Below are positions 48,287-58,101 of a DNA stretch of 64,000 nt, one piece after another (position 1 is the first letter of the stretch; each line of letters begins with the position of its first letter). The position numbers and the translations under genes were made by a program. Source of the stretch: an uncultured delta proteobacterium (GTDB lineage Bacteria > Desulfobacterota > Desulfobacteria > Desulfobacterales > B30-G6); contig CAWGLD010000005.1 in the NCBI GenBank assembly GCA_963823335.1, forward strand, positions 32,001 to 96,000, read 5' to 3'. The notes under the pieces were generated by a model. It made no database searches. It was not told the DNA's origin and worked only from the letters and a program-made list of their open reading frames with translations.

Positions 48287-48364
48287 GGGGAACTCCCTGA
48301 AAATCTGTTTTAGGTTTTAAGCAGTGCTAAGAGCCAAAAGCAAAGAGCTACAGGCCAACAACCG

Positions 48365-49510
48365 TCAGGTTGTTCCTAATTTTTCCCCACAACTCCCACA
48401 GAATTTCGAATCCGGCAGGTTTTCCTGATTGCACTTGGTGCAGTGTTTTGGCACCGGTTTTTCTTCGGCAGGGTGACCGCAGCGTGAGCAGAATTTGGCA
48501 CTGGCTGTCAAGTTCTTCCCGCAGGCGGCGCACTGCCGAATGACAAGTTGTTGATGGCCGCAATAAGGGCAAAATTTAGCATCGGTGGGAATCTCGTTGT
48601 GACATTCCGGACAGGAAAAAATTTCTGCCAGGCTTTGTTTTTGGGCACCGCCCCCCCCGGTAAAATATTGGGCAAACATGGCAGGCATCATGAGTCCCAG
48701 CCCGGTTCCCATACCCATGCCTGCGCCGGAAGAGTCAGCCTCCGCGGCTTTTTCCATAGCCATGGCGGCTTTCATTTGCATGAGCTTGTTCATATCGTTG
48801 AAGACACCCATCCGACTCCGGTCGTCAATGGCCTCTTGCACCTCAGGCGGCGGTGTAATCGAATTCAGATACAGATGGGTCAAGGCCAGTCCGAAATGGC
48901 TGAAATCTTCCTGAAGACGCCGTATCAGCCCGTTGGCGAGCTCGTCATATTTTGCGGGAAGGTTCAGAATGGAGTCGATGGTTTCCCCCATATAATCATT
49001 GAATCTGGAAACGATGACGCGGTTCAGGTATTCATCGACCTCTGCCGTGGTGTAGATTCCCTGGGTACCAACCATGCTGTTGATAAACAGCACGGGTTGC
49101 ACGACCTGCAGGTTGAAGATGCCGAATGCCCGCAGACGGATCAAGCCCAGTTCACTGTCTTTGAACGCGACAGGATCACGGGTTCCCCACTTGAGGTTGG
49201 TGAAGATCTTCAGGTTGATGAAATATACTTCTGCTCGCAACGGGCTGTTCATGGCCCAGGGAATACTGGCTATTTTTGTGAGAATCGGTATGTTGCCGGT
49301 TTTGAGCGTATGCCGGCCCGGTCCAAAAGCTTCGATTGCCTTGCCTTTATAGAAAAAAACCCCTGCCTGGCTTTCCCGGACGGTCAGCTGGGCCCCGTAT
49401 TTGATTTCACCGGAGCCTGTTTCCGGAAGCCGGTGCACCAGCTCCTGACCGGTATTGTCAAACCATTCTAAATTTTCTAAAAAGATGAGATTGTCTGTAC
49501 CCATAGTCAT
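48365..49510 (-). CDS. SPFH domain protein with C-terminal double zinc ribbons
   Basis: LTVRESQ, FGPGRHTL, KWGT..P, LRAFG; six CxxC motifs at the C terminus. Confidence 0.92.
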   Translation of the reverse strand: MTMGTDNLIFLENLEWFDNTGQELVHRLPETGSGEIKYGAQLTVRESQAGVFFYKGKAIEAFGPGRHTLKTGNIPILTKIASIPWAMNSPLRAEVYFINLKIFTNLKWGTRDPVAFKDSELGLIRLRAFGIFNLQVVQPVLFINSMVGTQGIYTTAEVDEYLNRVIVSRFNDYMGETIDSILNLPAKYDELANGLIRRLQEDFSHFGLALTHLYLNSITPPPEVQEAIDDRSRMGVFNDMNKLMQMKAAMAMEKAAEADSSGAGMGMGTGLGLMMPAMFAQYFTGGGGAQKQSLAEIFSCPECHNEIPTDAKFCPYCGHQQLVIRQCAACGKNLTASAKFCSRCGHPAEEKPVPKHCTKCNQENLPDSKFCGSCGEKLGTT

Positions 49511-49597
49511 ATACTCCCAACCCGGATAAACCGGAAAAGTAAAAGATCCTTTATCACAAAGTACACCATTTTTACAATTAAGGAACTAAGAAGATTA

Positions 49598-51289
49598 TCA
49601 TTCTGTCTGTTCATTGTCTATCTGGTCTGGATTCATGAATGCTTTGGCATACTCCAAAAGCAATCTGCTGTTGACAACCAGGTCGTGTATATCCGGATCG
49701 ATGTGCCCGTCTTTTTTTAAAAAAGATAGAATTTTCAATGCCTGTGAAAGCTTCATGGGTTTTTTATAGGGCCGGTCCTTGGCCGTCAATGCTTCAAAAA
49801 TATCTGCTACTGCCATAATGCGTGACTGCAGGGGGAGTTCGTCTTTGCTGAGGTGCCTGAAGTATCCGGATCCATCCAGTTTCTCGTGATGTCCGGCAGC
49901 ATATTCAGCTACCATTGCGTGTTTTTTTGGAAAGGGGAGTTCATTGAGCATCTTGTAGGTAACTTCCACATGGTTTTCAATGATCCCGCGTTCTTCTTTG
50001 GTGAGGGTTCCTTTTCGGATACTCAGGTTTTTGATCTCATCTTCGCTAAGATAGGGACGCTGCCTGCCATTCATGTGGTATGTCTTTTGGGCGATTTTAT
50101 GGAGTTTTTCGAGATTGTCGTCATCCATAAACTCGACAGCCTCGTTAATGGTCCGTAGAAAATCGAACTCCCTTTTAACCGTGGCGATTTGTTCAGACAT
50201 ATCCTTATCGAGACGGGACTTCACCTGCGGGTCAAGTTGCCCTTGGGCGGACAATTCGAGCTTATGCTTGAGACAAGCGTTTTCTATGGCTGTCGCGATG
50301 AGATCGAACCGGGTTTCGATAAATTCAATCCGATCGACAAAGGACTGCAGTTTGGTGGCTTTGTCTACAATGACCTCAGGCGTGGTAATTTTGCCGACAT
50401 CGTGCATCCAGGCTGCCAGACGCAATTCTTCCATTTCATCGTCGCTGAAGCAGGTGTCCTGAAAAGGCGTCTGGCCTGTATCATTGATCTCTTTGGCAAT
50501 CATCATGGTGAGATCAACCACCCGTGTAATATGCCCGCCGGTGAAAGGCGATTTTTCATCCATGGCAGTTGCAATGCTTTTGATGAAGGCATAAAAAAGA
50601 TCGGTCAGGTTCTGGATCAGCTGTGTGTTGGTCAGCGCAACGGCTCCCTGGGAGGCGAGGGAGACCACCAGATCGATGTATTCGGGAGAAAAAGAGATGA
50701 CTTCTGCGGTTTCCAGGTCCTGCGCATTCAGCAACTGAAGCACCCCGATGGTCTCGTTCTCGTGGTTCTGCATGGCAAGTACCAGCATTGATTTAGATAT
50801 GTAGCCGGTTGATTTGTCATAACCCCGGGTTCCGGAAAAATCAAAACCTTCAGCATCATAGACATCGGGGATGTTGATAATCTCTCCTGTCAGGGCCGCA
50901 TACGAGGAAACATTTGCATGGTTTGGCTTACCCTGGGAATCAAACAGCGGCACGTTGGGGAGATTGATTTCAGCGCCACTCGTTCCGCCGAGCCGGATTC
51001 CCATGGTATCGTTCTGAAGGATCTGGAACTGGAGGGTCTGTTTTTCCTTGTCCAGGATATAGAGCGTCCCTGCATCGGCGTTTGTCAGGCTTTTGGCTTC
51101 ATCGACAATCATTTCGAGAAGCTTGTGAATATCCTTTTCTACCGACAGAGCTGCACCGATTCTGGTAATTTTTTTGAGATGTATGGCGAGGTGATTTTCC
51201 AGGGACTCATCCTTGGATGGGCTATAGGAGTATTGGCTCAATCTCTTTGAAATGCTGCCGGGCGGATTCAAGTTTGAAAATGCGCTCAT
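49598..51289 (-). CDS. GAF + HD-GYP domain phosphohydrolase
   Basis: GAF domain, HDVGK, HHEKLDGSGYF, AVADIFEALTA.DRPYK. Confidence 0.93.
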   Translation of the reverse strand: MSAFSNLNPPGSISKRLSQYSYSPSKDESLENHLAIHLKKITRIGAALSVEKDIHKLLEMIVDEAKSLTNADAGTLYILDKEKQTLQFQILQNDTMGIRLGGTSGAEINLPNVPLFDSQGKPNHANVSSYAALTGEIINIPDVYDAEGFDFSGTRGYDKSTGYISKSMLVLAMQNHENETIGVLQLLNAQDLETAEVISFSPEYIDLVVSLASQGAVALTNTQLIQNLTDLFYAFIKSIATAMDEKSPFTGGHITRVVDLTMMIAKEINDTGQTPFQDTCFSDDEMEELRLAAWMHDVGKITTPEVIVDKATKLQSFVDRIEFIETRFDLIATAIENACLKHKLELSAQGQLDPQVKSRLDKDMSEQIATVKREFDFLRTINEAVEFMDDDNLEKLHKIAQKTYHMNGRQRPYLSEDEIKNLSIRKGTLTKEERGIIENHVEVTYKMLNELPFPKKHAMVAEYAAGHHEKLDGSGYFRHLSKDELPLQSRIMAVADIFEALTAKDRPYKKPMKLSQALKILSFLKKDGHIDPDIHDLVVNSRLLLEYAKAFMNPDQIDNEQTE

Positions 51290-51436
51290 AGCATCACCCT
51301 GTTGTGTGTGAAAGATGCAGCTCCTGTCGTGTTCTGATGCAAGCCAAACATACGTGGTATCCCAAGGATAGAGAAATTTCGCCCATGATTAGATGCGCTG
51401 GAAACATATCATAATCTGTCGGCGGGTGCAAATAGC

Positions 51437-52093
51437 TCAGCCTGTCAGGATATGCTTAAAGGTTGCGATGGTTTTTGCGTAGTCGGGGCTTTTGAAAATA
51501 GCCGATCCGGCGACAAAGATGTCGGCACCGGCTGCAGAAATTTCGCCAATGGTGTTTTCATTTACACCCCCATCAATTTCGATGCGTGTCTCAAGCTTTT
51601 TTTCATCAATCGTTCTTCTGAGAGCTCTAATTTTGTCGAGACAGCTCGGAATGAATTTTTGCCCTCCGAAACCGGGGTTTACACTCATCAGCATGACATG
51701 GTAGACGTTCTCCAGCTCCCAATCCAGTGTTGACAGAGGGGTGGATGGATTCAATACAACACCTGCCCTGGCACCTGTTTCCTTGATCATCTGTATGGTC
51801 CGGTTCAAATGGCCGCAGGCTTCCACCTGAACTGAAATAAGATCGGATCCTGCATCGGCAAAGGCCTGTATGTATCGTTCTGGTTTTTCTATCATCAAAT
51901 GAACATCGAGAGGCAGATCGGTCACCCGCTTGGCGGCTTTGACAACCAATGGACCGATGGTGATGTTCGGCACGAAGTGGCCGTCCATGACGTCGATGTG
52001 TATCCAGTCGGCGCCTGCGGCCTCAACAGCCCTGATTTCGTCCCCCAGTCTGGTAAAATCTGCTGAAAGAATCGATGGTGCAATCAATTTCAT
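51437..52093 (-). CDS. rpe: Ribulose-phosphate 3-epimerase
   Basis: IAPSILSADF, HIDVMDGHFVPN, MSVNPGFGGQ, EIDGG. Confidence 0.97.
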   Translation of the reverse strand: MKLIAPSILSADFTRLGDEIRAVEAAGADWIHIDVMDGHFVPNITIGPLVVKAAKRVTDLPLDVHLMIEKPERYIQAFADAGSDLISVQVEACGHLNRTIQMIKETGARAGVVLNPSTPLSTLDWELENVYHVMLMSVNPGFGGQKFIPSCLDKIRALRRTIDEKKLETRIEIDGGVNENTIGEISAAGADIFVAGSAIFKSPDYAKTIATFKHILTG

Positions 52094-52128
52094 TTCTTTA
52101 CTCCTCATATCAGCCTACAGCCTATGGT

Positions 52129-53103
52129 CTATGGTTCATTGAATACCTGGGTTTTTACAAGTTCACCGTCTACATACAGAAACAATGTCGCGATGGTGTT
52201 GGTGGGAACCAGCAGCCAAAGTTCTTCACCTGGGTTCATGAAGTCGTTGTAGAGTTCACTCGACACCCCCATGCTGTCCAACCGGACCAGGACATGTTTG
52301 TTCAGAAATCCGGAATCTATTTTGTGTCTGAAAAAACCAGATCGCCGGGCTTGGTCTACACTATGTCCGGAATCCGACCCGGGTTTTCTGTTGACCACCA
52401 GGTCGATGGGGGATTTCTCTATAACACGGTATCCTGAATTTGGATACTGTCCTACGATGATGCTGTCGGGCTTGTCCTGATGAAATTCATGCCGGAAGCG
52501 GCCAACCTGTAAATGACTTCGTTCAATATCTACGACAGCCTCATCAACGGACAATCCTCTCAAATCCAGCATTTGATAGGCCCTGGGTCGTTGTCCCATG
52601 CTTATCAGCAGGTTCACGCAATGGCCGCGGTTAACCAGAATGCTGTAAGAGGGCTCCTGCGCGATGACAACATCCTTGCCGGTTGTCTCATTATCATGCA
52701 CATAGGTGTCATGCCCCAGGCATAATCCGCTTTCTTCCAATAAAAGCTGGGCTTGCCTTAGCGGAAGTCCGGTGACATTCGGCATGGTAATGACTTTCGG
52801 TCCCTTGGATAGTAGAATCCTTAAGTCCCTTCCTTTCTTGATTTCCGAGCCGGGTAGGGGTTCCTGGAATATAACATGATTTTTTGGGTAGTCATCATTG
52901 TACTCGGAACCTTTTATCTTGGTATTGAGCCCGAGATCCGTGAGTATTTCCAGTGAATAAACCACATCTCTTCCCAGCAGGTCCGGCACCACCACGGTAT
53001 CTTCGCTTTTGATGATAAACGTCAGGGTCAGATATGCCGTCGTGCCGGTGATCATGAGAAACACGATCAGTAGTGCGGATATTTTTGCAAAGCGTCGTAT
53101 CAT
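52129..53103 (-). CDS. Membrane-anchored triple-PASTA protein
   Basis: N-terminal TM then VPDLLG, MPNVTG, MLDLRG repeats each with Q-x-P. Confidence 0.9.
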   Translation of the reverse strand: MIRRFAKISALLIVFLMITGTTAYLTLTFIIKSEDTVVVPDLLGRDVVYSLEILTDLGLNTKIKGSEYNDDYPKNHVIFQEPLPGSEIKKGRDLRILLSKGPKVITMPNVTGLPLRQAQLLLEESGLCLGHDTYVHDNETTGKDVVIAQEPSYSILVNRGHCVNLLISMGQRPRAYQMLDLRGLSVDEAVVDIERSHLQVGRFRHEFHQDKPDSIIVGQYPNSGYRVIEKSPIDLVVNRKPGSDSGHSVDQARRSGFFRHKIDSGFLNKHVLVRLDSMGVSSELYNDFMNPGEELWLLVPTNTIATLFLYVDGELVKTQVFNEP

Positions 53104-54464
53104 TGCATCCGTTTAAACCGAACGGAAAAAAAGCCATCCATATGGCTGGTATGGGGATACGTTCTGAAAAAACCATTGTTGTCGACAAAGGGTTGAACCG
53201 TTTTTAATAGAGAGTCGTGTGTTTTGTAGATCATAAATTTCTGATGAGTGTCCATAAACTTGGCCACCACCTGTTCATTTTCTTCCGGCTCCAGGCTGCA
53301 CACAACATATTGCAGGATCCCGCCAATTTTTACCATGGGTGCCAGTGTCTGCAGAAATGTGCATTGTCGCTGCTGATAGTGCGCGAGATTCATTTTTGAA
53401 AAAGCCCATTTTGCATCGGGGTTTCTTCTCAGAACTCCCAAACCCGAGCAGGGGGCATCCAGTAGAATCCGGTCAAAGGTTCTCGAGGGATCTTTTGCAA
53501 AAGGAGTGTTCAAGTCATGGGAGTTGGTGGTGACAATCGATATGCCCAGGTGCATCATTTCGGATCGAAGTTGTGAAAGTTTCTGCTTTTGATGATCCAT
53601 GGCAATGATACGCCCCTGGTTTGACATTAACTGGGCCATATGTCCGGTTTTTCCTCCCAGACCGGCGCAGGCGTCCAGAACGGTTTCACCGGGCTGGGGA
53701 TTCAAAAAACAGGAGACAAGCTGCGCTGCTTCGTCCTGCACCTGAAACCAGCCCTTATGGAATGCGGTCAGGTTTGCGACAGGCAGTTTTGGATGATAGA
53801 ATGAAACGCCGTCCGGGGAATGGGGTGTTGCCTGTACATCCACGGCTTCGTCACTCAGTAGCCGAATCAAGCTCTCACGGTCGGTTTTGAGGCGGTTTGT
53901 CCTGACGGTTATAGGTGGAATGGTGTTGAATGCGTCACATAATTTGCGTGTTTCAAGGGGCCCGAATCGATTCACCCAGCGCTGGACCAACCATTCCGGA
54001 AATGCATGTGAGGCTGCCAGGGAGGCCACTGGATATTTCCTGAAATCAGGAAAGTCTACATCCTGGTATTGGACACTCGCTTTTCTCAGCAGGGCATTGA
54101 CATAGTTGACGGTCCGGGTATCTGCAACGGTTTTGGCCAATTCCACGGATGTGTTCACAGCTGCGGATATGGGTACACGCGTGAGATACATCATTTGAAA
54201 GAGCGCCATACGCAGGATATTGAAAATCTTGGGATCTATTTTGTCCGGTTTGGTGTGTGAAAAATGTTTAACGATCCAATCCAGGCGACCGCGCCATCTG
54301 AGAACGCCATACACCAGACTATAAATAAAGGCCTTGTCCAGTTTTGACTGTTGACCGGTGCTGAAAACGGAATCGATAATCGTATCGAGAGTCATCTGGG
54401 AATTATCAAGCGTGTTCAGGACATCGAGGGCGGTTTCGCGTGCTTTGTCTCTTGTTTTCTTCAT
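53100..54464 (-). CDS. rsmB: 16S rRNA m5C967 methyltransferase
   Basis: NusB-like N terminus, VQDEAAQ, DACAGLGGKT, DAPCSGLG; ATG overlaps the fmt stop. Confidence 0.96.
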   Translation of the reverse strand: MKKTRDKARETALDVLNTLDNSQMTLDTIIDSVFSTGQQSKLDKAFIYSLVYGVLRWRGRLDWIVKHFSHTKPDKIDPKIFNILRMALFQMMYLTRVPISAAVNTSVELAKTVADTRTVNYVNALLRKASVQYQDVDFPDFRKYPVASLAASHAFPEWLVQRWVNRFGPLETRKLCDAFNTIPPITVRTNRLKTDRESLIRLLSDEAVDVQATPHSPDGVSFYHPKLPVANLTAFHKGWFQVQDEAAQLVSCFLNPQPGETVLDACAGLGGKTGHMAQLMSNQGRIIAMDHQKQKLSQLRSEMMHLGISIVTTNSHDLNTPFAKDPSRTFDRILLDAPCSGLGVLRRNPDAKWAFSKMNLAHYQQRQCTFLQTLAPMVKIGGILQYVVCSLEPEENEQVVAKFMDTHQKFMIYKTHDSLLKTVQPFVDNNGFFRTYPHTSHMDGFFSVRFKRMQ

Positions 54465-55408
54465 GTAAGAACCGTGCCTGTTTCCATGCTGCATCCACAC
54501 AGATACTCTTTTGTGGCCAGGCATTTTCCCGAGGCGCCTTGAAGCTCTTCGATGAGAAGTGCGCCTTTACCCGTGGCCACAAGCATTTCATCCGGAAAAG
54601 ACATGAGCACGGTGCCGGGTGCCTCATGGGTTTCCTTGTCCAGGCATTTTGATCTGTATATTTTCAGCCGTGTGTCACCGCAGAACGTAAAGGCACCGGG
54701 CCAGGGGTTGATACCCCGGATGAAATTTGCAATATCGCTTGCCGGCAGTCCCCAGTTGATACGGCCGTCTTTTTTTTTCAGCATTGGGACATAGGATGCT
54801 GCAGCTGGATCCTGGGCTGTGGAAACGAGCTTTCCGGTGGCGAGCTTTTCCAGTGTTTCCAACAGCAGACAAGCCCCTTCCCGGGCCAGTTTGTCATGAA
54901 GTGTTACAGAAGTGTCTTCGGGAGAGATCTGCACAGTTTGTTGCAGAAGGATGTCTCCGGTGTCGAGGCCTTCATCCATCATCATGGTTGTAACGCCGGT
55001 TTCTTTTTCTCCGTTGATAATTGCCCATTGAATTGGAGCCGGACCCCGGTACCTGGGAAGCAGTGATGCGTGAACATTGATGGCCTTGAAAGGAGGGAGT
55101 TCAAGCAGACGTTTGGGCAGAATCTGTCCGAAGGCGACAACGACGAGCAAATCCGGTTTAAGGTCTGCAATGACGTCAAGAAACGTATCTGGTTTAACGC
55201 TCTCGGGCTGCGAAAAACCATATCCATAACGAATAGCCGACTCCTTGATCGGAGAGGGCATGATTTTGCGCCCACGCCCACTGGGCCTGTCCGGTTGCGT
55301 TACCACCAGAACAATATCATGGCGGCTTTCATGGAGAGCCTGCAGGGAAGGGACCGCAAATTCAGGTGTTCCCATGAATACGACCTTGAGTGGTGTTGTG
55401 GTTTCGAT
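54461..55408 (-). CDS. fmt: Methionyl-tRNA formyltransferase; probable ATC start at 55408
   Basis: LKVVFMGTPEFA, TQPDRP.GRG, NVHASLLPRYRG.APIQ, LDTGD. Confidence 0.96.
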   Translation of the reverse strand: METTTPLKVVFMGTPEFAVPSLQALHESRHDIVLVVTQPDRPSGRGRKIMPSPIKESAIRYGYGFSQPESVKPDTFLDVIADLKPDLLVVVAFGQILPKRLLELPPFKAINVHASLLPRYRGPAPIQWAIINGEKETGVTTMMMDEGLDTGDILLQQTVQISPEDTSVTLHDKLAREGACLLLETLEKLATGKLVSTAQDPAAASYVPMLKKKDGRINWGLPASDIANFIRGINPWPGAFTFCGDTRLKIYRSKCLDKETHEAPGTVLMSFPDEMLVATGKGALLIEELQGASGKCLATKEYLCGCSMETGTVLT

Positions 55409-55409
55409 A

Positions 55410-55922
55410 CTACTCTCCCCGTTTTATCTGTTTCTGTATACGTCTGGCGTAAAGCTGTCTCTTGAGCGCACTGATCCGGTCGATGAAAAGTTTGCCCTTC
55501 AGATGATCTATTTCGTGCTGCAGAACAATGGACAAGAAATCGTGAGCCTCAAAGCGAAGCAGTTTTTCATTCCTGTCGTAGGCTTCCACCAGGATCGAGG
55601 CAAAGCGTTTAACATCCGAGCGATATTCCGGAACACTCAGACAGCCTTCATTTTCAGACAACACGTCCCCTTCGCTTTCGATAATCCGTGGGTTAACCAG
55701 GACCTTTATGGAACGGTCTTCGTCCTGAGGTGAAATGTCATATATGAGCAAGCTCCGGTCGATGCCCACCTGGATCGCAGCCAATCCTACCCCGGGTGCT
55801 TGATACATGGTTTCCCCCATGTTGTCGATAAGTTCCTGAAGGGCACCATCAATATTCTCAACCGGTTTTGTGGGTTGTTTCAGAAATATGTCAGGGTAGG
55901 TTACTATGTCGAGTATGGCCAT
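55410..55922 (-). CDS. def: Peptide deformylase
   Basis: GVGLAAIQ, EGCLS, QHEIDH. Confidence 0.98.
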   Translation of the reverse strand: MAILDIVTYPDIFLKQPTKPVENIDGALQELIDNMGETMYQAPGVGLAAIQVGIDRSLLIYDISPQDEDRSIKVLVNPRIIESEGDVLSENEGCLSVPEYRSDVKRFASILVEAYDRNEKLLRFEAHDFLSIVLQHEIDHLKGKLFIDRISALKRQLYARRIQKQIKRGE

Positions 55923-56132
55923 GAGATATCCTGTTGAACGTCTGGGTCAGTGATAAACAGGTAACGGTTTATCCGAACTTGTAAATTATTATACCAAAGG
56001 ACCTGAGGGGTCAAGGGTTTGGCGTTAGGGTCTTTGTTGATCAGACGGTAGCCCTAAACTGTACGTCACAAGCAATAAAAGGCTTACAACGTAACCGCCG
56101 AATTCTTGGCTCCTGGTTTTATTGTACAATAG

Positions 56133-57104
56133 TCATTTTATGCAGAATTGCAATGGAGACAGGTGGCGGTTTGTCAAGATGTGTCTTGCCGTTACAACAT
56201 CATTGGCAATCTGTTGGGAAAGGGCATCTATTCCCGAAAACTTGATCTCATCCCGGATGCGCTCGATGAACTTGACGATGATGGATTGTCCGTAAAGATC
56301 CTTGTTAAAGTCCAATATGTGTACTTCGACGGTCAGTTCATTTTCATCAAAAGTGGGGCTGTACCCGATATTGGCTACGCCCTGGTAGGTTTCATCCAGA
56401 CAGTCGACGGTGACGGCGTAGATGCCGTTCTTTGGATAAAGTTCTTCTTTGAGTTTGATGTTTGCCGTAGGAAATCCCAGGAGTTTACCACCTCTGTTTC
56501 GTCCAGGGGTTACGATGCCGCTGACCTGGTAGTGGCGACCCAACAGTTTATGTGCCTCGCCGACCTCCCCATCACGCATCAGCAATTCCCGGATGCGGGT
56601 ACTGCTGATGCGTGATGGAATATTGTTTGAGACCGGAATCCAATCAACCACATCGACTTCAAAGTCGAAAGCTTCGGCATACGATTTTAACAGATTGAGA
56701 TTTCCTTCACGGTTTTTTCCGAAGGTATAGTCTTTTCCCACGACAATGGCCTGGATACCAATCCGGCCCAGCAATATATCCAGAACAAATTCTTTGGCCG
56801 TAATGGCTGCAAACTCGCGGGTAAAAGGAACACAGATAAGCACATCAATTCCCGACTTCTCGATCAGTTCGATTTTTTGAGCATAAGGGGTGATGAGTGG
56901 AGGGTGTCCATTATTTTTCAGGACACGAATCGGGTGAGGCTCGAACGTCATGGCAATGGCCGTGCCATTTCTCATGTCGGCATTCTCCATGACCTCATGA
57001 AAAAGTGCCTGATGCCCGATATGAACGCCGTCAAAATTGCCGATGGTTATAACGGCGTTAGGGAAAGGGGTTTCAATATCTTCAAGTTTTTCAATAAGTT
57101 TCAT
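56133..57104 (-). CDS. ribF: Bifunctional riboflavin kinase/FAD synthetase
   Basis: IGNFDGVHIGH, ISSTRIR, GFPTAN, EVHILDF. Confidence 0.97.
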   Translation of the reverse strand: MKLIEKLEDIETPFPNAVITIGNFDGVHIGHQALFHEVMENADMRNGTAIAMTFEPHPIRVLKNNGHPPLITPYAQKIELIEKSGIDVLICVPFTREFAAITAKEFVLDILLGRIGIQAIVVGKDYTFGKNREGNLNLLKSYAEAFDFEVDVVDWIPVSNNIPSRISSTRIRELLMRDGEVGEAHKLLGRHYQVSGIVTPGRNRGGKLLGFPTANIKLKEELYPKNGIYAVTVDCLDETYQGVANIGYSPTFDENELTVEVHILDFNKDLYGQSIIVKFIERIRDEIKFSGIDALSQQIANDVVTARHILTNRHLSPLQFCIK

Positions 57105-57244
57105 TCATTTACCCAGCAGCAATTAATGCCTTGACATCAAAAATAAAAAGATATACCTATAGCATCCTACGAATTACATCAATCTCTTTTTGTTCGAAGT
57201 GCTGAAAGAACATGAAAGGGACTGATCAACGCCAATCCCATCGT

Positions 57245-57331
57245 GCCGAAGTGGCGGAACTGGTAGACGCGCTAGGTTCAGGGTCTAGTAAGGGTTTCCT
57301 TGTGGGAGTTCAAATCTCCCCTTCGGCACCA
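57245..57331 (+). tRNA. tRNA-Leu (CAG)
   Basis: GCCGAAG/CTTCGGC-ACCA acceptor stem, anticodon loop TTCAGGG, long variable arm. Confidence 0.97.
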
Positions 57332-57472
57332 CTTTTTTTCTTAACTTCCTGTTTTATATTAATATCCTAAGCCTAAAAATACGCCAAAAATGGCGTTTTT
57401 CCGAATAATGGGGCAAAGCCACTACACTGGTACATAATGAAACTTGTACCGGAGATAGAGAGGAGCTGGCTT

Positions 57473-57835
57473 ATGACCACACGGTCTTCCCCTTCGTACC
57501 TTTTTCAATCCCCGTATTCCTATTATTTCAGAATCCGGATCCCAGATGATTTGCGGTTGCACTTCGCTGGCAAAACTGAAATAAAACGATCACTCCAAAC
57601 CGGATATCTGTCTGATGCAAAGTATAAGGCTCGGTTGCTTGCTGGTCAAGTTCAAAGGCTGTTCAGATACTTGCACGGAAAGGAAGCTAATGCCATGACC
57701 GCAAAAAAATACTCCAAACTTACAGACGATCTGCTGAACGACATTGTGTCTATAACTTTCTTGGACGGGTTATTAGGATTTGTAACCTGTGGCATATACA
57801 CACCGCATACGGCTAAAGTTTATTGCACCGATTAA
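57473..57835 (+). pseudogene. Truncated integrase N terminus (DUF6538-like)
   Basis: YYFRIRIPDDLR...EIKRSLQT...A pattern directly after a tRNA; no tyrosine-recombinase catalytic domain follows. Confidence 0.75.
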
Positions 57836-58101
57836 ATAGCGAATAATCGCTTTGGGTAAACCACAATATGTATGCATTCTAATTATCAAGAGAAATGGAA
57901 GATTACTGGCATAAGTCTTCAATGACCGGTGTTGCTATCTCCTACTCATCCAAGATCTTTGTTGGCTTGAATATGCTGTGACACTAACAATATTTGATCT
58001 AAAAGATGGTTGATGGTATTTTCATTGAACCACAACTATTCGGACATTAATTTGTCATATGGTATTCTCTATTATTCATTCAAATAAGGAGGTCAAAAAT
58101 C

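Noticed and set aside
48548-49471. 307-aa + strand ORF
   Set aside because: Antisense shadow of the SPFH gene
57405-57450. c-di-GMP riboswitch-like GGGCAAAGCC
   Set aside because: Rest of the two-hairpin GEMM structure is not evident
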